Source: Clostridia bacterium
GTDB lineage: Bacteria; Bacillota; Clostridia; UMGS1883
Length of the DNA stretch: 64,000 nucleotides
Reading direction: 5' to 3'
Assembly: GCA_051866635.1 (NCBI GenBank)
Contig: JBJDXJ010000049.1
Coordinates: forward strand, 1 to 64,000
This document shows positions 40,401 through 48,749 of the stretch, piece after piece (position 1 is the stretch's first letter; each line of letters starts with the position of its first letter). The notes beneath the pieces are model-generated. The model searched no databases and was not told where the DNA came from. It saw only the letters and a list, made by a program, of their open reading frames with translations. The translations under genes were made by a program, and so were the position numbers.

Positions 40401-42641
40401 CTTGATACCCTCCTTACACAGACAGGTGTTAATAACTATGTAACAATCGGCAATCAGTCCCTTAAAAATGTTACATACGGCGATCTTACCTCAAACGGCA
40501 CAAAGGCAGGCATAGTTCTGTTCGGTCGTGCAACAGCAACAAACTCAAGTGTCGGCAAGTTCATCCTTCGCGGTACACTTAACAACGCATTTGAAGGTAA
40601 GGCATATTCAAACTATGACAAGAGCGGAACAAGTATAGGTTCAAGCTACAGTGCAGCCTATATCCAGGCTCAGGTTGACCATATGGACCAGTATCAGTCT
40701 GTAACAGGCGACTCAACCGGCGACAACATTATTTACTGGATGTTCAGAATAATGCAGGGTCAGAGCGAAGGAAGCAACCTTGTTACTCAGGGTGCAAGCG
40801 ATAACACAAGCCTTTACAACGGTATTGTTGCTAATCCCTCTTGGCTTACAGCACTTCCTGTTGTAATGGTTAACACTGTGGGTACAAACACAGACAATAT
40901 CGTTACACTTCTTAAAGAATGTAATGTGCCCACAGAAACAGTTAACTATGTTTATAACGGAACAGTGGTTAAATCAGTTCCCAATGCTGCACTTGTCGGC
41001 ACACTTTACACAAACGACGGCTTCTATGATGAACCTGTCTACAAGCTTATGGCAGGCACAGACGGCGAATACTACGTTTCCGAAACCTTCTACACAGCTC
41101 CTTCCGCAGGCACAGTTACAAAGGTTGTAAAGGGCAGTGCAGTAGAAGTTGACGTTACAAAGCTCGGCAATGTTTACTCATCACGAGGCGGTAAGCTTTA
41201 CGCAGATAAGCTTACAGATGACGGTGCCTACACAGGTAAGGACAGCTTTGCTGCCTTCAACTGGGGCACTACTCCTGCAGACAGAATAGGTGTAGCGGTT
41301 CTCAGTGCAGAAACAGGCAGAAGTGCATATATGCTTTCCGCAACAGAGGTAAGAAAGTACTTTAACACCTCTGCCGGTGCAACAAAGTTCTATGCAATCC
41401 CGGCTGCAACATACCGTTCACTTGACCTTTATAATGCAAGCGAAGTTATCTCCTATATGACAGATGCTAACCTTGTTGCTACCATAAGCCACGGCAACTG
41501 CGGCGATACAAGTGTAGGTACAGCTGAAATTATACTTGACACAGATAAAATTTCTGCAATTGCAGCAAGCGGTGACGTTGTAATTTTAGGTGACAGCGTA
41601 AACGGTCTTTACGGCTTAAAGAACGATATAAGTATTGTTTCTTGCTACGTTGTTGAAAGCACAACAGAAGGTGCTACAACTACAACAGTTGTTAAACCCG
41701 GCGGCACATACACACTTGGCACGGCTAAAGTTTATGAAGATGGAGATAATAAACTTTATGCACCCGAAAGCAATGTAACTGTAACCGGTGATATGACATT
41801 TAACGGATATAATACTTTAGGTGCAAACGTTGTTAACGGTGCACAGGTACGTATTGGCGACGGTGTTGATAAAGACGGCAAGATTTCCACAGGCAGCGGT
41901 CTCAGATTTATCACAACGGTTAACGCAGTCGATACAATTGCCGGTCTTACAAATATTACAGAAATAGGTGTTCGTATTACGGCTGAAGGCAACAGTGCAT
42001 ACAAAGATATTGTTACAACAGACTGGCAGACAGAAGACCACTCGGTATTCACATCTGCTCTCACAAACCTTGAAGTAACAAACTACAACCGTAAATTCAC
42101 AGCTACTCCTTATGTTAAGTATACTGATACAGCAACAGGCGATGAAGTAGTGGTTCTCGGTTCTACTGAAACTACAAGAAGTATCTATCAGGTAGCCGCA
42201 GGTCTCCTTGCAAACGGTTACACAACAGATAACGGTACAGGAAGTGACCCCGAAGACCATACAGGTGAAATGCCCGAAGTACTTGTAAAGGTTCTTAACG
42301 CATATGTAAACCAGACAGGTATCCGTCTTACACTTGCAGACAGCACACTTACAGCACGTACAACAGGCTCAGGTAGCTACACAGGCGACGCATTCTTTGA
42401 AGTAAGCGGTGCAACTACAGGAACTGATGAAGAAGGTAATACAACATATACATGTGTACTTACACCTGTAGGCAGTGCAAAGATCAATACAAATTACTGG
42501 AACGAATATGTAAGAATTAACAACAACAATAAAGCAATTGCCGGATATGTAGAACTCGCAGACAACGGCAACAATACATATACACTTACATTTAAGTACG
42601 GTAAATATAGTGTAGACAAAGCAGCAGCTTCTGCTGAATAA
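37422..42641 (+). CDS. Large secreted/surface protein with Ig-like and lectin-like domains and a PI-PLC X-like catalytic domain
   Basis: Signal peptide; atrophied-Ig motif (VTWTSSNTSVISNTGVVTAP); PI-PLC motifs LGAHNAF, QDKDTLEMLRAGARYFDIRV, THA and HPGEIIVLDF. Confidence 0.75.
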   Translation: MKLKRFLAIVISLAMVLSIVPAFSLTASAADITDAALLAYATSSTTALFDATNPAPTAVSDTAIATAWPESGWSGTINNGYLNVNAGPRIQCYIGSYTNGGQAANFVNLGSGYGSGNDWVLLRFTAEYTCAWGDLALYDIDGNILTAVRYGTGDSNCFAPSWGHSGWGTPYSFSNYTLSAEGVVANLTSGSSLIDILLRNYDPDGTASSGDEYYTATFFVNGTSVCVGTYTGLGNFNGLGKIGMSRGSGNSWERISMKTPLVYAGDYPATSDASTIAAALSALSVPALTKGVDITLPATATDSMGTTVDVTWTSSNTSVISNTGVVTAPAALTEVTLTPSATFEEATVTGSAKKVTVFPASYAKDSMYGYYKIGDKVDTSSISWYHRQTTDGSVGVDGLTTTTENGVTYYTFPALGGVGGTNARTSIGITAGNSYLVRFYYGGTALGNGAGNTYNKVYTTAGAYNDEVALDYVSGTASTGITTTANVWTEIQTVFTASEGANFLTFVYSWLDAGLKIADVELYNVTDLSKTVTLNILDVDGNTVKTLEERCISGGSVTFEAQSFASNGIFYTTEEKTYENVTEDATYTIFATADASKYASVESYTWNYTTGADISSTLTKGNISGLSDTLMTINWGNTRQGIINFNVPITSGQQLASATLTLRLGGQQGDSVGFDVYAMPKSKSPKVAAAPDSAAGVKVGSYSGSYSGEAQDAVIEVPLTFSDYVDTSEGLTLRLAANSQMGVYWGANQGERAPFLSNITMGEITATAVTVNCVDTNSTLLQTGTQYHTSFYGYNSELIYPELEIPTIDGYIFKSKSVSGTTVTLKYAQDTQDDYFFDNITNMNTRFISLNMLGAHNAFTSEMTDKSDAAALKQENSMGGAYGGALAPNTALPRSKAQDKDTLEMLRAGARYFDIRVSRSESNSSYLGVSAKHTNGVMYTTHALLGGELRPILYTIAQWAETHPGEIIVLDFQEFYDYNSGYDGNSTAQSWRDLDTLLTQTGVNNYVTIGNQSLKNVTYGDLTSNGTKAGIVLFGRATATNSSVGKFILRGTLNNAFEGKAYSNYDKSGTSIGSSYSAAYIQAQVDHMDQYQSVTGDSTGDNIIYWMFRIMQGQSEGSNLVTQGASDNTSLYNGIVANPSWLTALPVVMVNTVGTNTDNIVTLLKECNVPTETVNYVYNGTVVKSVPNAALVGTLYTNDGFYDEPVYKLMAGTDGEYYVSETFYTAPSAGTVTKVVKGSAVEVDVTKLGNVYSSRGGKLYADKLTDDGAYTGKDSFAAFNWGTTPADRIGVAVLSAETGRSAYMLSATEVRKYFNTSAGATKFYAIPAATYRSLDLYNASEVISYMTDANLVATISHGNCGDTSVGTAEIILDTDKISAIAASGDVVILGDSVNGLYGLKNDISIVSCYVVESTTEGATTTTVVKPGGTYTLGTAKVYEDGDNKLYAPESNVTVTGDMTFNGYNTLGANVVNGAQVRIGDGVDKDGKISTGSGLRFITTVNAVDTIAGLTNITEIGVRITAEGNSAYKDIVTTDWQTEDHSVFTSALTNLEVTNYNRKFTATPYVKYTDTATGDEVVVLGSTETTRSIYQVAAGLLANGYTTDNGTGSDPEDHTGEMPEVLVKVLNAYVNQTGIRLTLADSTLTARTTGSGSYTGDAFFEVSGATTGTDEEGNTTYTCVLTPVGSAKINTNYWNEYVRINNNNKAIAGYVELADNGNNTYTLTFKYGKYSVDKAAASAE

Positions 42642-42650
42642 TCAAACACA

Positions 42651-42681
42651 AAAGAAGCTCCCAAATCGGGAGCTTCTTTTG
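42651..42681. terminator. Bidirectional terminator
   Basis: aaagaagctccc-aaatc-gggagcttcttttg. Confidence 0.85.
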
Positions 42682-42743
42682 TACTATTAAACAAATTTCT
42701 AAAATCCGTTGACAAAGCACTATTTTAGATGTACAATGAATGC

Positions 42744-42836
42744 GGAAAAAGGCAAGACCTCAAACGGTTATGCCAAAAGAAAACGTTTTATAAAAGAGTA
42801 ACGCTAACTTTTGTCAGGGGCTGGCGTTACTTTTTT
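42744..42836 (+). ncRNA. Putative type I antitoxin RNA
   Basis: TTGACA-17-TACAAT at 42709-42737, terminator 42797-42836; convergent overlap with a small hydrophobic ORF. Confidence 0.6.
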
Positions 42837-42895
42837 ATGGTGATTACTAAAAGTAAAAGAACAATCATAAAATAAATTATGTATTCATTTCCCAT
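42827..42895 (-). CDS. Putative type I toxin peptide (22 aa, MGNEYIIYFMIVLLLLVITIKK)
   Basis: Very strong RBS AGAAGGGGGAGG; single TM segment with terminal KK. Confidence 0.7.
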   Translation of the reverse strand: MGNEYIIYFMIVLLLLVITIKK

Positions 42896-43228
42896 AAGTA
42901 TCCTCCCCCTTCTATCGAAAATGAGAGGATGGAATAACCGCCCGGCTTTTACACTGTTTTCAGTCTTATCTTTAACATCGGATTGCTCCGACAAGGTACA
43001 GTATACACTAAATTTATACATCTTTTTATAAAACTCTGCCCTGCAACTTTTCGGTTGCAGGGCATTTTAATGCTAAAAATACGATTAGTTGCAGATGTAT
43101 TGATTTTGCAACATATCCTGTGTATTTTTAGAATGCTTACGAAAAAATAAAAAAATTCGTGCAAACTGTTGATTTTTTCGTGCAAATTAAATATAATAAT
43201 AGTGAAGCCAAGAAAAGGAGATGATTAT

Positions 43229-43504
43229 ATGGCAACTTCAACTAATATAAGTATTCGTATGGATACCGAAACAAAAGCAAAAGCTGACGCACTTTTCGCC
43301 GAATTGGGTATGAATTTAACAACAGCTTTTAACATTTTTGTACGCCAATCGCTCAGAGAAGGTAAAATACCATTTGAAATATCACTTAATCAGCCTAACG
43401 CAGAAACAATAGCAGCTATGATGGAGGCAGAGAGGATAGCAACCGACACATCTGTTAAAGGATATACAGATATGGATAAGATGTTTGCCGACCTTGCCCG
43501 ATGA
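43229..43504 (+). CDS. RelB/DinJ antitoxin
   Basis: ISIRMD...LGMNLTTAFNIFVRQ...IPF, PNAET. Confidence 0.92.
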   Translation: MATSTNISIRMDTETKAKADALFAELGMNLTTAFNIFVRQSLREGKIPFEISLNQPNAETIAAMMEAERIATDTSVKGYTDMDKMFADLAR

Positions 43505-43791
43505 ACAAAACAAAATATGAGGTAAAAACCACCTCACAGTTTAAAAAAGATTATAAAGCTGCAATTAAGCGTAATTGTGATATTGAGCATTTACAAAAGG
43601 TAATTACAAAATTGGCTAACGGCGAAAATCTTGATGATAAATACTATGACCATCCATTGACAGGACAATGGAAAGGATACCGAGAATGCCACATTGAGCC
43701 GGATTGGTTATTGATTTATTTAATCAAGAAAGATGTTCTTGTTTTAACTCTTACACGAACAGGGACACATTCAGACTTATTTGGAAAATAA
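43501..43791 (+). CDS. YafQ-family mRNA interferase toxin
   Basis: FKKDYK, DHPLTG, RECHIEPDWLLIY and RTGTHSDLF. Confidence 0.93.
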   Translation: MNKTKYEVKTTSQFKKDYKAAIKRNCDIEHLQKVITKLANGENLDDKYYDHPLTGQWKGYRECHIEPDWLLIYLIKKDVLVLTLTRTGTHSDLFGK

Positions 43792-43831
43792 AAATCATTT
43801 AAGGGAGAAGCACAAAATTGGCTTCTCCCTG

Positions 43832-44002
43832 AACAAAGTGTCTCCTCGCTTTTGGCAATAGTTGCCTCTGAAGCACACAGAGGAGAAAACACTTTGTTAC
43901 GCCATGTGCGTTTTCCTCGTTTGCGAGGAAATTCTCGCACGGCAATAAAATCAAATTTTTTTTACATTATAGGAAATGAGGAATTTCCTATAATGTAAAA
44001 AA
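43832..44002 (-). repeat. Composite multi-hairpin repeat ending in the family A palindrome
   Basis: Several hairpins plus ttacattataggaaat-gagga-atttcctataatgtaa (43962-43998); inverted homolog of 35384-35466. Confidence 0.7.
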
Positions 44003-44084
44003 GCTCCCACAAGGGAGCTTCTTTTGATATATTAAAACAAATTTCACGGGACGATGAGGGCATCGTCCCCGGTGGTAAATATGA

Positions 44085-46391
44085 TTAGTCGCTGACGGTT
44101 TTTATTGTGACGGAGGCGCTTTCTAACCCCGGGGCGGAAACTGTTAAAACAGCCTCGCCGGGAACAGAGGTTGATTTAACATAGATAACGGCGTTGCCGT
44201 TATGTAATTTGCGGTAGTTTGCACTATATGGTGTAACATCAAAGCCCGAGCCGTTTTCAATGCCTGCAATTTTGCATGAAAGTGAGGAAAGCTGTGCGGT
44301 GATTACAATGTCTTTCCAGTTAACCTTGATGCCATTTCTGTCTAAAGCCATTACTTCGACGCGGATTGTATCGTAGCTGTCATTTTTTAAAGTAAGCCTT
44401 TCGGTTGTAAGGGACAATCGAGCGGGTTCAAGGGTTGTTTTTAAAACATATTCACAGCCTTCTGCCTTAGCCTTTAATTCACCCTCTTCAAAGGGAACGT
44501 CCCATATAATTGTATTGCCGTGCTCAATGTCATCTGCGGCTTTAACGCCCAAGGATTTGCCATTTAAGAACAGCTCAGCCTCTTTCATATTTGTGTAAGC
44601 CACAATTTCGCAATTTGTACCGCTTTCAAAATTCCAATGTTCACAGAACCATTGGGGGCGTTTTTTGTGATGGGGGGCGTTTTCGTCAGACTTTTCACGG
44701 GCGAAAATATAAATATAAGGTTCATTGCACCAAAGTGTTTTTCTAAAATGCCAGGAGGGCTTTTTAAAACCGCCCATATCCAAAAGCCCGGGCATAGATG
44801 CGTGTATGGGCCAACCGTGTGCCTCACCTAAATAGTCAATACCTGTCCACAAAAACTGCCCTGCAATATAGTCGTTGTCCCTTACCGCAGTCCAAGCCTT
44901 GTAGCTGTGGGAGTTTTCGCTTCCGTAAATTACGCTATTTGGGAAACGCTTGTGGTCTGTTTCATACAAATGCTCCTTGTAGTTATAGCCTGCAATGTCC
45001 AGTGCTTGAAAATATCCTGTATTTGTGGACAATTCAGGAAATGCTAACGCCGCTGTAACAGGGCGTGTATTGTCGCACTCTTTAACCCATTGCACAAGTT
45101 TTTTTGCGATAACCGCAAGGCGTTCTGCGTTTGGCTTGTTGGGGTCATACATTCTTTCAATTTCAGGCTTGTTGTGGTCGTTGTTGCCTGTCATGGAAGA
45201 AAATGTAGGGTGGCAATATGGGTCATTTGGATAATCAATCTCGTTGCCGATGGACCACATTACAACAGAGGGGTGGTTTCTGTCACGAAGAACCATTGCC
45301 TTTATGTCCTTTTCTCCCCACTGGGGGAAATCTTCAAAATAACCAAAGCGTTTGGAGGGATAAACATTATGCCCTTGCCACCATTTGTTTTTGGGACCTT
45401 CCCATTCGTCAAAGGCTTCGTCCATGGTGATAAAGCCCAGTTCATCGCAAAGGTCCAAAAGTGTTGGGTCAGGAGGATTGTGGCTTGTACGAAGGGCGTT
45501 TGTGCCACATTCCTTCAATTTTAAAAGCCTGTCACGCCACACGGACGCAGGCACAGCCGCACCAAGGCAACCTGCATCATGGTGAACGCATACGCCCTTA
45601 AGCTTTATGTTTTCACCGTTTAAGAAAAAGCCTTTGTCGGGGTCAAATTTAAAATACCTTATGCCAAATGGTGTATACAAAGTATCGGTTATTTCACCAT
45701 CTACCAAAACCTCTGTTTTAAGGGTGTAAAGATAGGGGCTTTCAGGCGACCAAAGACGGGGGAAGGATACGGTTAAGGTATCGGAGCCTGATGAAACAAT
45801 ACTGCCTTTATTGTCCAAAACAGTGTTTTTTACATCTGCATGCACAGTTGTTTCACATTCAACACAAACTTTGGCTTCATCCTTTGAAATTTCGGGTGTT
45901 GTAATAAAAAGTGTGTCGGGGACTACAGAAGCCTTATCACAGATTGTTATATAAACCCTTCTTGTAATGCCTGTGCCTGTGTACCAGCGAGAATCGGCAG
46001 TTTCTTCACGATTTACCATAACGCTTACAACGTTTTCCTCATCTGCAAATTCCGTTACATCATATGTAAAGGTGGAGTAACCGTAGGGACGTTTGCCAAG
46101 GTAGTTTGAATTAAACCACACTTTTGAATTGTTATAAACCCCTTCAAAGGTGATGTACACTTTAAAGTTGCCCTTTGGAATTGTGAAGCGGTTTCGGTAA
46201 AAGCATTTTCCGCCGGGAAGGTAGCCTGTACCGGAGGAATTGGATTTGTCAAACTGCTCTGTAACGCTCATGTCGTGGGGTACGGTGACGGAAAGCCAAG
46301 AGGAGTCATCAAAACCTTTGTAAAAGCCCATGGGTTCGTCACCTTTATGAAATTTCCAGCCCGAATTTAAAAATATTGTTTTTCTTTCCAT
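44085..46391 (-). CDS. GH2 beta-galactosidase-like glycoside hydrolase
   Basis: LKGVCVHHDAG, RTSHNP, RDRNHPSVVMWSIGNE and GQFLWTGIDYLGE. Confidence 0.92.
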   Translation of the reverse strand: MERKTIFLNSGWKFHKGDEPMGFYKGFDDSSWLSVTVPHDMSVTEQFDKSNSSGTGYLPGGKCFYRNRFTIPKGNFKVYITFEGVYNNSKVWFNSNYLGKRPYGYSTFTYDVTEFADEENVVSVMVNREETADSRWYTGTGITRRVYITICDKASVVPDTLFITTPEISKDEAKVCVECETTVHADVKNTVLDNKGSIVSSGSDTLTVSFPRLWSPESPYLYTLKTEVLVDGEITDTLYTPFGIRYFKFDPDKGFFLNGENIKLKGVCVHHDAGCLGAAVPASVWRDRLLKLKECGTNALRTSHNPPDPTLLDLCDELGFITMDEAFDEWEGPKNKWWQGHNVYPSKRFGYFEDFPQWGEKDIKAMVLRDRNHPSVVMWSIGNEIDYPNDPYCHPTFSSMTGNNDHNKPEIERMYDPNKPNAERLAVIAKKLVQWVKECDNTRPVTAALAFPELSTNTGYFQALDIAGYNYKEHLYETDHKRFPNSVIYGSENSHSYKAWTAVRDNDYIAGQFLWTGIDYLGEAHGWPIHASMPGLLDMGGFKKPSWHFRKTLWCNEPYIYIFAREKSDENAPHHKKRPQWFCEHWNFESGTNCEIVAYTNMKEAELFLNGKSLGVKAADDIEHGNTIIWDVPFEEGELKAKAEGCEYVLKTTLEPARLSLTTERLTLKNDSYDTIRVEVMALDRNGIKVNWKDIVITAQLSSLSCKIAGIENGSGFDVTPYSANYRKLHNGNAVIYVKSTSVPGEAVLTVSAPGLESASVTIKTVSD

Positions 46392-46410
46392 ACTCCCATC
46401 TCCTTATAAA

Positions 46411-46477
46411 TTTACCACTGGGGACAGGTTCATTTTGGTAAATTTTTTACCAAAATGAACCTGTCCCCAGTGGTAAA
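46411..46477. repeat. Perfect 32-bp-stem palindrome (GGGACAG REP family)
   Basis: tttaccactggggacaggttcattttggtaaa-ttt-exact reverse complement. Confidence 0.85.
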
Positions 46478-46481
46478 ATGG

Positions 46482-46970
46482 TTAGTAGCCTAATGTTTCG
46501 CCTAAAGAATCGTCATTTTCAATCCATGTGTTTACGTCAACAGTTGTGTACTTGTCGAGACTGTTACGGATAATGACTTTTTCAATGCCTGCATTAATAA
46601 TTGCACGCTTGCACATTGCACAGCTTGAGGCACCTTCAACAAATTCGCCTGTTTCCACATCTTTGCCTACAAGGTACAAGGTTGCACCTAACATATCACG
46701 GCGTGATGCGGAAATAATTGCATTTTCTTCGGCATGGACACTGCGGCACAATTCGTACCGCTGTCCACGGGGAATATTCATTGCAATACGGCGGCAGAAG
46801 CCAAGGTCGATACAGTTCTTTCTTCCCCTTGGTGCACCTGTATAGCCTGTGGAAATAATTTCATCGTTTTTTACAATAATAGCTCCGTAATTTCGTCTTA
46901 AGCATGTGCCTCTTTCCAAAACAGATGTAGCAATGTCAAGGTAGTAGTTAACCTTATCACGTCTATTCAT
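46482..46970 (-). CDS. dCMP/cytidine deaminase family protein
   Basis: TCLRRNYGA, TGYTGAPRG, CRSVHAEENA and CAMCKR. Confidence 0.9.
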   Translation of the reverse strand: MNRRDKVNYYLDIATSVLERGTCLRRNYGAIIVKNDEIISTGYTGAPRGRKNCIDLGFCRRIAMNIPRGQRYELCRSVHAEENAIISASRRDMLGATLYLVGKDVETGEFVEGASSCAMCKRAIINAGIEKVIIRNSLDKYTTVDVNTWIENDDSLGETLGY

Positions 46971-47152
46971 AATAATCTCCATTCCGCCGCCTTGCGTCGG
47001 CACAAATAGTAATTAAATTAATCTCTTATCCGCAAGGCAAGGAATGTAAGAGATTATTACGCACATTGCCGTTTCGCACTATATGTGCGAAACTAAGGCA
47101 GTGCATAAATTCCATCGGAGGCTTAACGTGAAAACTTCACGTTAACACCGCC

Positions 47153-48574
47153 TTACATTATAACAATCTTGGAAGCGTAGAACTTACCGTCCTTCAATGT
47201 ACCGGATGCTACGATATAATCGTCAATATTTAAGGAAAGGAAGTCAACAGCAGCACCTGAAATTGCGTTTGTAATAACAGCACCTGTGGCAATGAAAATT
47301 TCCTTTTCCGATACGGCACCTGTGTTCTGGTTTGTAACCTTAACGTAAAGACTGCGGTTTGTAATGTTTACCTTTGAAATAGGCCCTTCGGCAGTAACGG
47401 TTACAACGGATACTGTTGTAGGTGCAGTCACTTTAAGATGTGTGACCTTTCCTTCTGTAAATTCTGCTGTTGCACTGTAGCCAACCCTTAAGTCGTAAAC
47501 TGTGGAAGCGGCATCATTTACATATATCTGTGCAGAAGGGGAAATTTCATACTGAACAGAATCGATAATAACACTGTTTGAACTTCCAAGCACAATACCT
47601 GTTATAGTGCCCTCTACAGGGTCAACCTGCACAGTTTCCGCTACAGTTTCAGTGCCGTCCCAACGGTTTTGCTCTGTATTTACAATTTCAACATCGGAAA
47701 GAACATTGTTAATGTAGAAAAATGCCACGGATGCACCGGCAGAGGCATGGTCAAGGTTATCTGTTAAAATGCCGTCAATAAGAATGTTAACGTTATCTTC
47801 AATCTTGAAAATAGTGGGAGCACCCTCCCCTGTTGTATATGTGATGGTTTTTGCAATGTTGTTTTTGCCAACCAAGGTCACATAGCTTGCAGAAGTGGGC
47901 GCTTTATCCAGAACCCTGTGCAAAAGAACGGCAACCTGTGCCCTTGTTACGGAAGAATAGGGCTCAAAATAAATGTTATTGGGAAATTCGGGGTTATAAA
48001 CACCGTTCATAAGCGAAGCTTTTGTAACAAAGTCAACATAGCTTTCGGCAGAAATGGGAATTTCACCTGAGTCGGAATAAATAAGCGAAATATCCTCATG
48101 TGCGGCAAGAGAGTCCTCAGCACGCATAAGCTTTACCAAAAGTTCAGCCATTTCATAGCGGAGAAGGGGGGAGGAGGCTCTGTCATTAGAGATAAATGCA
48201 GGAAGCTCCTCTTTTGTTAAAATGCCCTTGTACATAAGGTATGCCACTTCGTTGGGGTAAGGTGTGCCGTAAGGGGTAATAATATCCTTATAGGCTTCAT
48301 ATGCCGCATTTGTAAAGGTGGAGTAATCGGCAGTTACAAAGCCTGCAACACGTGAAATTAAAACAAGAGCCTCGGTTTTTGTAATAGCCTTGTCAGGACG
48401 GAAGGTGCCGTCTGTATAACCTTTTATAATGCCTAAGGTGGTCATTTCCTCAATCTGAGGTTCTGCCCAGGCGTGAAATTCGTTAAGGTCGGAAAAGCTT
48501 GATGCCGCAAAAGCAGAAGTTGAAGATATAATCATTGCGGCTGAAAGTGCCAATGCAGTAATTCGTTTTTTCAT
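47153..48574 (-). CDS. SLH-domain surface protein
   Basis: Signal peptide; GYTDGTFRPDKAITKTEA and VTRAQVAVLL. Confidence 0.85.
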   Translation of the reverse strand: MKKRITALALSAAMIISSTSAFAASSFSDLNEFHAWAEPQIEEMTTLGIIKGYTDGTFRPDKAITKTEALVLISRVAGFVTADYSTFTNAAYEAYKDIITPYGTPYPNEVAYLMYKGILTKEELPAFISNDRASSPLLRYEMAELLVKLMRAEDSLAAHEDISLIYSDSGEIPISAESYVDFVTKASLMNGVYNPEFPNNIYFEPYSSVTRAQVAVLLHRVLDKAPTSASYVTLVGKNNIAKTITYTTGEGAPTIFKIEDNVNILIDGILTDNLDHASAGASVAFFYINNVLSDVEIVNTEQNRWDGTETVAETVQVDPVEGTITGIVLGSSNSVIIDSVQYEISPSAQIYVNDAASTVYDLRVGYSATAEFTEGKVTHLKVTAPTTVSVVTVTAEGPISKVNITNRSLYVKVTNQNTGAVSEKEIFIATGAVITNAISGAAVDFLSLNIDDYIVASGTLKDGKFYASKIVIM

Positions 48575-48749
48575 TATAAAACCTCCGTAAAAGAATGATA
48601 TATATTATATATATCATATTATCATATTGAGAAAGAAACTTCAACAAAAAATTAATGAAAAGTTCATTTGACAAATATTATAAATATGATATACTAACCA
48701 CATAAATCGAATGCGTAAAAAACACGCAGAATGAAAGCGAGGCTATGAT

